A DNA stretch of 64,000 bases, from IMG/VR virus record IMGVR_UViG_3300028833_000063, positions 64,001-128,000 of that record, one strand, 5' to 3'. Position numbers and translations under genes: made by a program. The notes below the pieces were generated by a model. The model ran no database searches. It had not been told where the DNA came from and saw nothing but the letters and a program-made list of their open reading frames with translations. This DNA comes from a virus (Duplodnaviria > Heunggongvirae > Uroviricota > Caudoviricetes). This document shows, one piece after another, positions 1-10,700 of this stretch. Within the stretch, counting starts at the first letter, position 1; each line of letters starts with the position of its first letter.

Positions 1-2
1 GC

Positions 3-554
3 GATTTTTTCTAGCCCGGATGGCAAGATGTAATAGAAGATATTAGCGAACACAAACCATCTTCTATTAATTTTATTCATCCATTACGGCTCCATAAAAT
101 ATCTGACTTTATTGCGGTTAGAACAACAGATATTATTAGTAAAAGTAATGAAGTATTCTTAGATATATATGTACCGCTAAATGAGACAAAATATATGATG
201 AAAGAGTACAAAAATAAATTTTTAGAATTAATTGTGCCTAACTCACAAATTTTTCTTTCTATTGGCGGTTCATATCAATATCAAACAGAATATTATAAAA
301 ATTTCATATATAAAATGAACTTGCTATATACGTTTTGGGCTAATAAGATTCCGATGAAACTTAAATATGAAGAACCAACACTTGGATGCTATGATCCATT
401 ACATGAACTTTCACAACTGGTAGCAGGTTGGACTAAAAGTCCTTTAAGAGAAGAGCAAACAATATATGAACGAATACCAAAAAAGACAAAAGTGCCTGAA
501 AAACTTGCGGCAAAAGAGCAAATAAGAATATTGGTAGATAAATATCCGCAATAG
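3..554 (+). CDS. Hypothetical protein, 5-prime truncated by the window edge; includes one in-frame TAG (12-14)
   Basis: The frame of ORF 195..554 stays open back to position 3 except for TAG at 12-14 (DFF*PGWQDVIEDISEHKP...). Confidence 0.6.
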
Positions 555-601
555 GATAATTTATTTAAATAGACATTAACATCAATACAAAAGGGAGGCA
601 G

Positions 602-817
602 ATGGATCAAATGAATGAAAATGATATTCGTGCTCGATATCAAGAATTGAGTAAAGAATTACGTAATGCGCTATCTACTATGGAACGTACAGATAGAGTA
701 TTTATAATTAGAGATGAAATTAAAGAATTACAAAATATGTGTCCACATAGTAATGGTAATTATGATTTTTCAGATCAAGACGCATGTCCATATTGCGGGA
801 AAAAATTTAGGAAGTGA
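602..817 (+). CDS. Small hypothetical protein with C-terminal Zn-ribbon-like motif
   Basis: GGAGG RBS upstream; CPH...CPYCGK motif. Confidence 0.7.
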   Translation: MDQMNENDIRARYQELSKELRNALSTMERTDRVFIIRDEIKELQNMCPHSNGNYDFSDQDACPYCGKKFRK

Positions 818-821
818 TTTT

Positions 822-3131
822 ATGGATTTACAAGTACGTAAACGCACTGGAGAATTAGTACCTTTCGATAAAGAGAAAATAGAAACGGCCATATGTAAGG
901 CATGGCATGAAATCTATCCAAAAGAAACTGGCTACCCAGAATATGCCTCTGAGATTGCTAATATGATAGAAACAGTAGTTCAGCAAATGACAGTAGAATC
1001 AAATGATTTCATGGGCGTTGAAGACATTCAAGATTTAGTAGAAGACTATTTAACTGAATATGATTTGGCAGTAGGAAAAGCTTATATTAAATATAGATAT
1101 AAGCATGGAATTATGCGCGCAAACTCTACTGAATTTATTCGCGCAATTAGTGAAAAACTAAGAGCCACTAATGTACAGAATCAAAACGCCAATATTGACG
1201 AGCATTCATTCGGAGGCCGCGTTGGTGAAGCTTCTGATGAAATGATGAAGCAATATGCGTTGGATTATTGTATGTCTGATATGGCGCGAAATAATCATCT
1301 AAATAATGAAATTTATATTCATGATTTAAGCGCGTATGCGGTTGGAATGCATAATTGCTTAAGTATTCCATTTGATGATTTGCTGGCAAAGGGCTTTAAT
1401 ACAAGACAAACGGATGTACGCCCAGCTAATTCTATTAATACCGCTTTCCAGTTGGTAGCAGTTATATTCCAACTTCAATCCCTAATGCAGTTTGGCGGCG
1501 TTAGCGCTACGCATTTAGATTGGACAATGGTTCCTTATGTGAGGAAGAGTTTCTGGAAGCATTTTAAAGATGGATTAAAATGGTTCGATGAAGGTAAGGA
1601 AGCACATTATTTTGCTAATGTAGATATTAGTAAAATGCCAATTGAAGCATATGAACATTCTTCCGTAAATCCACAAACTATCGCATTAGTTCATACTGCT
1701 AAAACTACAAAAGCATACAAATATGCAATGGAAATGACGGAACGTGAACTTCAGCAGGCAGTCGAGGGAATGTATCACAACCTTAATACGCTCCAATCCA
1801 GAAGCGGAAATCAGCTACCTTTCACGTCCATCAACTATGGCACTTGTACTCTACCGGAAGGGCGTATGGTAATTAAGGCATTACTGGAAGGGTCTATAAA
1901 AGGCGTTGGAAAATATCATAAAACTCCTATATTCCCATGCGGCATTTTCCAACTTGGTAAAGGAATCAATCGCGCGCCAGATGATCCAAATTATGATTTA
2001 TATCAGCTCGCGCTTGAATCTACTGCTAAACGTATCTATCCCAATTATGCCAATATTGATTGGTCTGGAAATGCAGGTTATGATCGAAATGACCCAACAA
2101 CGTATTTCAGTACAATGGGATGCCGTACAGCAAATGGTGCCGACATAAATGCAGAACCTGGCGTGAATCCTCAACGTAAAGATGGCCGCGGTAATATTTG
2201 TCCAGTTACAATTATTATGCCAACTATTGCAATGGAGGCAAAAGAGATTGTAGATAAAATTGGTATAAAGAATGAAGAAGGAAGTACATTAACTTATGCA
2301 GTTGCAATACAAGTACAGTTTATGAAATTATTAGACCAAAAAATCCATGAAGCAAAAGATATGCTTCTTGAACGCTTTGAGTGGATTTGCAAGCAGTCTC
2401 CCGCGTCTGCCAAGTTTATGTATGAGAATCACACAATGCTCGGCTATCATCCAGAAGAAGGAATTCGTTCTGCACTAAAACACGGTACAATCGTTATTGG
2501 TCAATTAGGACTTGCGGAAACGCTTCAAATTCTAATTGGTTGCGACCATACTACTGAGAAAGGAATGGAGCTTGCCAAAAAGATTGAGCAGTTATTTAAA
2601 GATAGGTGTGCAGAGTTTAAGAAAGAATACAAGCTTAACTTTGGAGTATATTATACTCCTGCAGAAAACCTATGCTATACAGCTATGAAGAAGTTTAAAG
2701 CTAAATATGGCGAGATTGAAAATGTATCGGATCATGAATATTTTACAAATAGTATCCATGTACCAGTATGGCATAACATTTCTGTATTTGATAAGATTGA
2801 TATTGAGAGCCAGTTAACCGGATATTCTAGTGCTGGATGCATTACATACGTAGAAGTTCCTTCTGGTGTAAAGAATAACATTCCCGCGCTTGAAACTATA
2901 GTAAATTATGCTATGGATCACGACATACCTTATTTCGCTTTGAACGTGCCGCTAGATATGTGTAACGATTGTGGCTATCAGGATGAAATTGGAGAAACCT
3001 GTCCTGAGTGCGGCAGTAAGAATATTTCAAGACTTCGTAGAGTGACTGGCTATCTAACAGGTTCATATAAAGACGCTTTCAATTGGGGCAAGCAGAAAGA
3101 AACTGAAGATCGCGTCAAACATATACATTAA
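822..3131 (+). CDS. nrdD: Anaerobic (class III) ribonucleoside-triphosphate reductase
   Basis: N-terminal ATP cone (VRKRTGELVPFDKEKI), FSTMGCRT finger-loop Cys, YYTPAENL, Zn site CNDC...CPEC, glycyl-radical motif RRVTGYL. Start placed at ATG 822 rather than 714. No in-frame TAG. Confidence 0.97.
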   Translation: MDLQVRKRTGELVPFDKEKIETAICKAWHEIYPKETGYPEYASEIANMIETVVQQMTVESNDFMGVEDIQDLVEDYLTEYDLAVGKAYIKYRYKHGIMRANSTEFIRAISEKLRATNVQNQNANIDEHSFGGRVGEASDEMMKQYALDYCMSDMARNNHLNNEIYIHDLSAYAVGMHNCLSIPFDDLLAKGFNTRQTDVRPANSINTAFQLVAVIFQLQSLMQFGGVSATHLDWTMVPYVRKSFWKHFKDGLKWFDEGKEAHYFANVDISKMPIEAYEHSSVNPQTIALVHTAKTTKAYKYAMEMTERELQQAVEGMYHNLNTLQSRSGNQLPFTSINYGTCTLPEGRMVIKALLEGSIKGVGKYHKTPIFPCGIFQLGKGINRAPDDPNYDLYQLALESTAKRIYPNYANIDWSGNAGYDRNDPTTYFSTMGCRTANGADINAEPGVNPQRKDGRGNICPVTIIMPTIAMEAKEIVDKIGIKNEEGSTLTYAVAIQVQFMKLLDQKIHEAKDMLLERFEWICKQSPASAKFMYENHTMLGYHPEEGIRSALKHGTIVIGQLGLAETLQILIGCDHTTEKGMELAKKIEQLFKDRCAEFKKEYKLNFGVYYTPAENLCYTAMKKFKAKYGEIENVSDHEYFTNSIHVPVWHNISVFDKIDIESQLTGYSSAGCITYVEVPSGVKNNIPALETIVNYAMDHDIPYFALNVPLDMCNDCGYQDEIGETCPECGSKNISRLRRVTGYLTGSYKDAFNWGKQKETEDRVKHIH

Positions 3132-3631
3132 TGAGTAAGATCGCAGGAATTTACTGGGATGATACCGCGGCTGCGCCCGGTATCTCCCTCTCTGTGTATT
3201 TTTCGGGATGTCATTTCCATTGCCCCGGATGTCATAATCCCGAAGCACAAGATTTTAACTATGGTGAAGAATATGGAGTAGATATTCGCCAAGAGATTAT
3301 GCAGAAGCTTAATAAAAATGGAGTAATGCGGACATTATGTATTCTCGGCGGTGAACCGTTAGCTGATGAAAATCTACAAGATGTAATGAGTTTATTAGGA
3401 TGGTGTAAATTAGATTATCCGAATTTAAAAATTTATTTATGGACAGGTTATACTATAGAAGAGCTAGAAAAACGCAATAATAAATCTGTTAATACTATTC
3501 TATATATGATAGATTACTTAATAGATGGTCGCTATGAACAAGACAAACGTGACACTACATTACCGCTTCGTGGCTCTTCTAATCAACGAATAATTAATAT
3601 GGAGAAATATCGTGAAGAAGGACATATATAA
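3131..3631 (+). CDS. nrdG: Anaerobic RNR activating enzyme (radical SAM)
   Basis: CxxxCxxC (GCHFHCPGCHN), LGGEP, IDGRY, LRGSSNQR; directly follows nrdD. Confidence 0.95.
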   Translation: MSKIAGIYWDDTAAAPGISLSVYFSGCHFHCPGCHNPEAQDFNYGEEYGVDIRQEIMQKLNKNGVMRTLCILGGEPLADENLQDVMSLLGWCKLDYPNLKIYLWTGYTIEELEKRNNKSVNTILYMIDYLIDGRYEQDKRDTTLPLRGSSNQRIINMEKYREEGHI

Positions 3632-4163
3632 ATCAATACTTGCCGGAATGGCAATCTCATTAGGCTGCTGGATGTATTTAGCAGCCTCTAATCCAATAGT
3701 TGGCGCTTTTCTATTTTCATGCGGTTTACTTACAGTTCGGCTATATAAGTTAAACTTGTTTACTGGAAAAATTTAGTTTATGGTAACTAAGCAATATACT
3801 TGGTATTTTTATTTAATAGTATTTTTAGGAAATATCATAGGTGTTTCATTAATGGCACTCCTTGCCCATAATAATGCTTCAGCTGCTATTGCAACCGCAA
3901 AGCTTTCACAGCCGATATGGGAGGCTGCCACAAAAGGAATTGGATGTGGTATGTTAATGTCAATTGCCACATATGAAAAATCTCCGTTATGGATGTGCTT
4001 CCCGTGTGTAATGGGCTTTATTCTAGGCGGTTTTAATCATTGTATTGCAGACGCATATTACATGATCGCAGCAGGTACTATTGGATTTCCACTAATTGGT
4101 ACTATTATTGGTAACATATTCGGTGGTGTTATTTTTAGTAATTTAGTAGAATCAAATATTTGA
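3612..4163 (+). CDS. Formate/nitrite transporter (FNT) family channel, 183 aa with one TAG read-through
   Basis: GTG start at 3612 with GGAG RBS. Reads KSILAGMAISLG...LFTGKI(TAG 3774)F...GNIIG...GFNHCIAD...GNIFGG, the hydrophobic helices and signature motifs of FNT channels. Confidence 0.85.
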
Positions 4164-4188
4164 CATTTCCCCAGAATTCTGATATAAT
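4160..4188 (+). promoter_or_regulatory. Consensus sigmaA promoter TTGACA-17-TATAAT (extended -10)
   Basis: ttgaca 4160-65, tataat 4183-88; overlaps the FNT stop codon and precedes the gene at 4216. Confidence 0.8.
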
Positions 4189-4215
4189 TAAGTATCAAGA
4201 GAAAAAGGTGATGAT

Positions 4216-5250
4216 ATGATTGTAGTATTAATTATCTGCTTAATTATTATTGGAGTTCTGGGGTATCAATTATATTAGAAGAAAACAGTTGATACTTAGT
4301 TGGTTGATGAGTATAAAGAACAAATAAACAACGTTAAAAAAGAACTTAATCATAATAAAGAAGCATTAGAATAGTATCGTGGTAAATTATTAGATACTTA
4401 GATTGAGGTCAATACTGAGCGCCAAAAACTAAATAACTTATATAATTAGTTAGATAGCGCATAGACTAGTTTGAAAGATGCGCGTGATGAATACTAGAAT
4501 CTAGTAAATGAGCGTATGCAAGAAATTGACCAGTTAATGGATGAACAACGTCAACGGCGCTAGGAATCATTGGATGAGACTTTTAAAGAAAAGAAAGCAG
4601 TATTGGAATCTGAACTGGACAAAACTCTGAAAGAATGCGATGAGCAGGCTGAATATGCTAAAAAATGGATGGCTAACCAAATTGAAGAGGCTTAGGCTAA
4701 GGTTAAAGAATATCAGCTTGCAGAAGAACAATAGCGCGAACGTTTCTTTAGCTTACGGAAGCCCTTACTTCAATATGAAATGGATAAGCAGGCAAAATTA
4801 TTCTATACTATATAGTTGCCTGAAGAATATCGAGACGATATTGAATTCTTGCTTACAACTGTCGCCGCGAAAGTACAACATCCAGACATTATATCAAAGC
4901 TAGTTTGGGCAGAGTATGTAAAGCCTTATTTGGACGATACTTTTAAGAGAATTGAAATTAAGGCAGAGCCAGGTATTTATAAATTAACTAATTTGGATAG
5001 CGGCAAAGCCTATATCGGAAAGAGTACGGACATAAAGAAACGAATTGCAGACCATTTTAAATCCTCGATTGGTATTAAGAGTATTGCAGATCAAGCAGTA
5101 CATCATGAGATATTGAAAACTGGATTCTGGAATTGGTCAATCGAAGCAATTACTTATTGTGATAAAGATAAGCTTTCCGAACTTGAAAAATATTATATTG
5201 AATTTTTTGATACTCAGACATTCGGTTATAACCGCAATGCAGGAGGATAA
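4216..5250 (+). CDS. N-terminal TM helix, coiled coil and C-terminal GIY-YIG nuclease domain (344 aa, 11 TAG read-throughs)
   Basis: MIVVLIICLIIIGVLG TM segment; heptad-rich middle interrupted only by TAG; same frame as 4816..5250 with GIYKLTN...YIGKS...R...H...E...YN. Confidence 0.85.
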
Positions 5251-5601
5251 ATGGAAAATGACTTAATTAAGCGCTTTGCGGAGATTCAAAAGATGAATTA
5301 CGCAGAAGCGGAAAAACTCGTTGGCGCCGATACTGAAGAAGAAATCATGAAGAAAATTACAGACTTCACGGTTCAAAAAATCAACGGCGGTGTCAAGCTT
5401 AATCGTGCACAAAGACGCGCTTTAGCTAAAAAGAATAAAGGTAAAAAAGCACAGACGGCGCAAAAATCTCATATTGACGAGATTAATGAAACCGCCGCGA
5501 AGCTTAATTACATAGATTTAATTCAGAAACTAAGAGTACTAAATGAAAAGAAAGCAAAGGAGATTGAAGAAGATGGCGATGCAGAAACTGAAGACAACTG
5601 A
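5251..5601 (+). CDS. Hypothetical protein
   Basis: Directly abuts the upstream gene (GGAGGATAAATG); contains a LNRAQRRA motif. Confidence 0.7.
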   Translation: MENDLIKRFAEIQKMNYAEAEKLVGADTEEEIMKKITDFTVQKINGGVKLNRAQRRALAKKNKGKKAQTAQKSHIDEINETAAKLNYIDLIQKLRVLNEKKAKEIEEDGDAETEDN

Positions 5602-5782
5602 TACTTATAGGGTGGATACCGAAGAAGAAGCTATGGGCATGATTGAAGATGCTAAAGATCAGCAGATTTCTGGCGGATATACTCTTACTAAGTCCAGCTA
5701 TACACTTAAAACAAAAAAGTCTAAAGGAGAAATAGTTGATCAATGGTTTATTGTGCTTACTGAAAAAACCTTTGGCGACTAA
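5573..5782 (+). CDS. Small hypothetical phage protein
   Basis: ORF 5543..5782 with a likelier start at ATG 5573 (MAMQKLKTTDTYRVDTEEEA). Confidence 0.65.
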   Translation: MAMQKLKTTDTYRVDTEEEAMGMIEDAKDQQISGGYTLTKSSYTLKTKKSKGEIVDQWFIVLTEKTFGD

Positions 5783-5793
5783 GGAGGACATAA

Positions 5794-6588
5794 ATGAACG
5801 AAGAGCTATTAATGGATCCAAGCATCAAAAGTTTTGTAGATGCGATAAATTCACTAACAAATATGGAAGAGAATGTATTTTCTGATGAAGCCGTTGGCCC
5901 GATTATTGAGGGGATTGAAAGCTCATTCTCTCCAGTACAGGTAAATCAGGCTATCAATCAAATTATTCAAAATTTAGAAAATCAAGGGACTACTAAGGCA
6001 GAAGCAATGGAATCCGTCACTGCTTTGAAAGACTTTGTAAATACGATTGTTTATGGGGAAAAGGTTATTACTGGTAACAAGCGTAAAGTAGTCGATACGA
6101 TTGTAGAAAAGATATTTAATATCTTTGATACAGCATTTGATAAGTATCATTCTTATGCTATTGAGCTTCCTATTCAGCTAGAGGAAGATGCGCAGGTTCC
6201 TACTTATGCTCATGATAGCGATGCCGCCGCAGACCTCTATGCTCTTGAAGATGTAGAAATTCCCGCGCATTTTTACAGTGTACCAGTAAAAACTGGCGTG
6301 CATATCCAGCTTCCTGAAGGTTGGGTTGCAATGGTACTACCTCGTTCTAGCATTGGAACAAAAACTACTCTGCGCCTAAGTAATTCTCAGGGTGTAATAG
6401 ATAGCGGCTATAGAGGAGAAATCCGAGCAATCTATGATAATGTTGGAAATGAACCCTATCAAATTCATAAGGGCGACCGCATCGCTCAGATGTATATTAT
6501 GCCTTCTTATCGTTTCAAGGCAAAAGTAGTAGACTCTCTGGAAGATTCTGACCGCGGAGAAGCGGGTTTCGGCTCTACAGGGACATGA
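5794..6588 (+). CDS. dut: Trimeric dUTPase with ~120-aa N-terminal extension
   Basis: Motifs AAADL, PRSS, GVIDSGYRGEI, GDRIAQ, RGEAGFGSTG; AGGAGG RBS. Confidence 0.93.
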   Translation: MNEELLMDPSIKSFVDAINSLTNMEENVFSDEAVGPIIEGIESSFSPVQVNQAINQIIQNLENQGTTKAEAMESVTALKDFVNTIVYGEKVITGNKRKVVDTIVEKIFNIFDTAFDKYHSYAIELPIQLEEDAQVPTYAHDSDAAADLYALEDVEIPAHFYSVPVKTGVHIQLPEGWVAMVLPRSSIGTKTTLRLSNSQGVIDSGYRGEIRAIYDNVGNEPYQIHKGDRIAQMYIMPSYRFKAKVVDSLEDSDRGEAGFGSTGT

Positions 6589-7334
6589 GTAGTATAAATA
6601 TTTATACTGTATAGAACGCTCTTGAAACGGAAGGCTGGGAGCTTGTAAGTGAAACTTATAAGAACCTAAAAACACCCCTATAGATGAAATGTCCAGCTGG
6701 ACATTCACAGGAATAGACATTCGAATATTGGCGTAAACATAAGATATGCGATATTTGTATGGCTGGCGACCCTTATAAGGTCAAAAAAAATAAGGTGCCA
6801 CATAAAGGCGAAAATGTAACACGCATTCTCGCGCTTGATGCAGCAACTGGGATTACTGGTTATTCGATATATGATAATAGAGCGCTAGTAGGATATGGTA
6901 CTTATAAAACAAGCGCTATGCTGCCAGCGACTGAGCGTATCAATAATGTAAAGAATTGGCTTAAAGCCGCGCTAAAAGAATGGACTCCAGATTTTGTAGG
7001 TATTGAAAATATACAATTATAGAAGTATGGGACTGGCGGCGCGCAAGCTCAAGTCAAAACCTTTTAGACTCTCGCTAATCTATAGGGAGTATTATTGGAT
7101 ACAGTATTTGAAGCTTGTATAGATAGCGATACCGTATATCCAAGCGAATGGAGAAGCTTTTGCGGCATTGGTGATGGAGATTAGCATCGTGAAGCAAGAA
7201 AAAAGGCCGCATAGGCAAAGGTAAAAATTTGGTATAATTTGCAATGCTCTGAAGATGAAGCAGACGCAATTTGTATAGGAAAATATTTTTGTAATAAAGT
7301 GAAGGTACATAGTACCTGGGGAGAAGACATATGA
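6585..7334 (+). CDS. RuvC-like Holliday junction resolvase with N-terminal Zn-binding segment (249 aa, 8 TAG read-throughs)
   Basis: With TAG as sense: CPAGH...CDIC, then the RNase H fold motifs ILALDAATGITGYSIYD, VGIE and DEADAICIG; ends at TGA 7332-34. Confidence 0.85.
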
Positions 7335-7720
7335 TTAGAGTAACATTACGAGATGTATTAGAAGGACAGGAAGCTCTACAGAAGCTAAGTAATCAGCAAT
7401 TACCCGGAAGGACAGCTTTCCGAATTGGTAGACTCTTGAAGAAACTAGAAGATGTGCTTACTTCTTATAATGAAGTAAGAACTAGCTTACTTGAAAAGTA
7501 TGCTAAGCATAAGGAAGATGGAAGCTTTGAAGTGAATGATAAAAATGAATATATTTTCGAAGATGTAAATGTATTCATTGAAGAAATGAACAAGCTGATT
7601 ATGGAAGAAGTTGAAGTTGAAGCCGATCCAATCGACTTCAAGAGCATTGAAAATGTAAGTTTTACACCAGTGGAGATTACACTTCTAGAGCCATTCATTA
7701 AGTTTGAAGATGAAGAGTAA
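7331..7720 (+). CDS. Hypothetical phage protein (DUF1617-like by recollection)
   Basis: Intact 129-aa ORF overlapping the upstream stop (ATGA). Family assignment is from memory only. Confidence 0.7.
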   Translation: MIRVTLRDVLEGQEALQKLSNQQLPGRTAFRIGRLLKKLEDVLTSYNEVRTSLLEKYAKHKEDGSFEVNDKNEYIFEDVNVFIEEMNKLIMEEVEVEADPIDFKSIENVSFTPVEITLLEPFIKFEDEE

Positions 7721-7768
7721 AAAAATAAAGGCCCGGACGTTTAATAACGCCCGGGCTTATTTTTATTT
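7720..7768. terminator. Bidirectional intrinsic terminator between convergent blocks
   Basis: A-tract, gcccgg-acgtttaataacgc-ccgggc hairpin, T-tract. Confidence 0.75.
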
Positions 7769-7778
7769 GTGCAAATAA

Positions 7779-10700
7779 TTAAATAAGGTTAGGATCTTTT
7801 TCCTTGGCATTGTGCACGACAACCGATTCTGCTACATATGTATCATATGGTTCTACATCAATATTATAAACATCTGTATCAGTTAAATCAGTGCGTTCTA
7901 TAATCTTTTCTACAATGACATTTGAGGAATCTGTAGTAACTAGAGTATCACCTTCCTGCAATATGGTTGTTCTAACATGATGCTCTAAGAATGCTGTAAT
8001 AGCGTCTAAAGATTTCCAGCCTTCTATAGTTAATACAGGATGCGATTTTGTAAGTGTTAAAGTACGGTTATTTGAAAGAACTAAATCTACTATATTAGAC
8101 TTGTGTTCGAATAGCTATACTGACACAACACTAGCTTCTACATAAGATTTAGTATTTTCATCATAGGCTTTTATTAAAGTATTTACTGTTAGCTCTTCAA
8201 TCGGTATTTCAGAACCATCAGCGAGCTAAGTTAATGTACCTTTAATAAAGCATCCATCAGTAGGCGCCTCTGTATTGCCCTTACAAGCGTCTGCGCAAAC
8301 AGTATGGCAAGTTATGCTGCAATTAGCAGAACAGTTATTAGTGCATGCTACAGAGCAGCCGCTACCGCACTATATACTACACTATGTTGTGCATTGATCC
8401 TTGCAGCTACCATAGCATCCACCTATACAACTGTTATAACAATTTGTCTCGCAATTAGCAGAGCAACTATTAGAGCATTTTATAGTACAACCTGCTGTGC
8501 AGTTACCATCGCAGTTACCCGAACAATTACTAGTACATTTGGCGCCACATTTACTTTTACAAGTACCTGTACAAGCTCCACCGCAAGTATCAACATAGGT
8601 AGTACCTGAACTGGTATCTTCACTAGGTGTATAAGCGGTTGCTTGCTCAACAATCTTCGCCTATAAAGCTTCCATCTATGTTAGATTGATTTTTACGCTA
8701 TTACCATTTACTTTGTATAAGGTAATCGTCCCTTCTTTAGTATCTATGGCCACATCATAAAAACAATTTTCATAATATGAACTACTGTAAAACTTTTTGT
8801 TGCTACCATAAATACCACAATTCATTATTTTGCTATTAGATAATGTACCATTGAGTAATCCATCAGAATTTAGATCAAAATTACCCATACGCCCGTTGTC
8901 TACGGTCATATATCCATCTGTCGCACGGACGCTAAATGTAACTGCGTGTGAACTCTTTTTAGTTAACCTGGTACCAGTTGCAATATCTTCTGCAGGCTAT
9001 AAAGAAGTAGCCTCAGAATAAATATGGTTGACATATAGAGTACCTAATTCATCCTCCTCAACAGCTTTTTTTAAATTTTTATACCACTACGCTGTAGGGC
9101 TAGTCGATGAATTATAAACTATAGGAGAATTATTATATAATACTTCATTGCCACCAGGGTCAGTAACATATACATCAGTATAAGTATATAAAACTTCAGG
9201 ATCACCAGTTTCGTCACTTTCTTTATTAAGAATTGCTTGCTTATAAACTGTTTTTGTATTTTTAGGACTAACGGCCACTAAGGTAGGCTAATATTGTAAA
9301 ATTTTTTTCTAACTAATATCATTATCAGTTACTTCATAAGGCGATTCAGTACTGTATACATAATATATATTACCTTCTGAGTCTTCGTATGCATAATATG
9401 TCTTTTTATCATATACTACCTTTAAGGCATCGGTAACATTACCATTGGCCAAGTAAATACCACTATTATATTTAATATGATTAAATGTCTCCTCACCATT
9501 AAGAAATATTAACTAATCTCCAGAGAGAGCGTTATCAGTAATATTCCATCCGCCTATACGTCCACCAGATACGGAAAATAACTTTCCTTTTATATATAAA
9601 CTTCCACCATTATATAAAAATCCTGTTGTTTCACTATTAGGCCATGTACTTAAATCAGTATCAGAAGCTCCTACTCCCGCGCCAACACCAAAAATAGTGG
9701 TGCCATCAGATGCAGTAGATAAATACATATTATTAGCCCGAATACTCAAGTTCTAATTGACAGTAACAGTAGAACCACTAACGGTCATTACTGGATTGCT
9801 ATTAAGGTCATAGAATCCCAATCCATCTCCATTTGCAAAGAAATATCCATACCCCGCGCTGCTAGCTTTAAAGGCACTAGCATTTACTACTCCATTGATA
9901 TACAATCCATTTGAATTCAATAATAAATTCACATTTGAGCCAGTAATAAGTGATGGGTCGGTGCCAACATCAATGCCATTCAAATTCTTACCAATTGCAA
10001 ATATCGTGTTACCTAATTCAGTTTTCCATGCGCCATTTGCATATGTATCTGTCTGTAACTTAAAGTTATTACTGTTAATATATAAGTTCGCCAATGAACC
10101 AATATCAATACCATCGCTAGCGATACGTACATAAGAGCCTTTCTCTACATTACTATTACGTAAGTCAGAAGTGGACTAAGTGACATTAATACTGCCGCTA
10201 CCAACAGTAATACCATTATTATTCATTAGAATAGCATTAATCTTATTTCCACTTCTGGTCGCAAAACCAATACTATTCTATGTAAAGAGCGCGCCGACAA
10301 GACCATCAGAATCGCCAGTTATGTTATAAGTATGGCTATTCCATTTAGAGCTATCCCAAGTAGTACCACTAGTATGAGCAGTTTTACATTTATAATACTT
10401 GTTTTTATACATAACAATATCGCCAATGGCATAAGGTACTGACGGACGCCATTCAAATCCCGTCATCTCTCCAGCAGCAATTATAAGATGTTCTTGATTC
10501 ATTTCAATTGCAGTGCCGGTATTTGCCTATGTAGAAGAATAACCTAAAATTAAATGCTAATCATTTAATTCTACAGAAGCGCCCTAAACACCAGTAGAAG
10601 AAGTAGGATCAAAAATACGACCGCTAAATAAACGAATTCCATTACCAGCTCCTATATATACTCCTTCTTCCGCGCTAATATCTACAACAGAAGTATTAGC

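Noticed and set aside
714-821. N-terminal extension of NrdD in the supplied ORF
   Set aside because: It overlaps the upstream gene; the ATP cone begins at ATG 822.
7809-8252. Canonical self-splicing intein as a mobile element
   Set aside because: The +1 residue is Ala, there is no homing endonuclease, and the C-extein is only 9 aa; treated as a Hint/BIL-like domain.
8304-8609. + strand 101-aa Ala/Thr-rich ORF
   Set aside because: Antisense shadow of the CxxxC repeat; no RBS.
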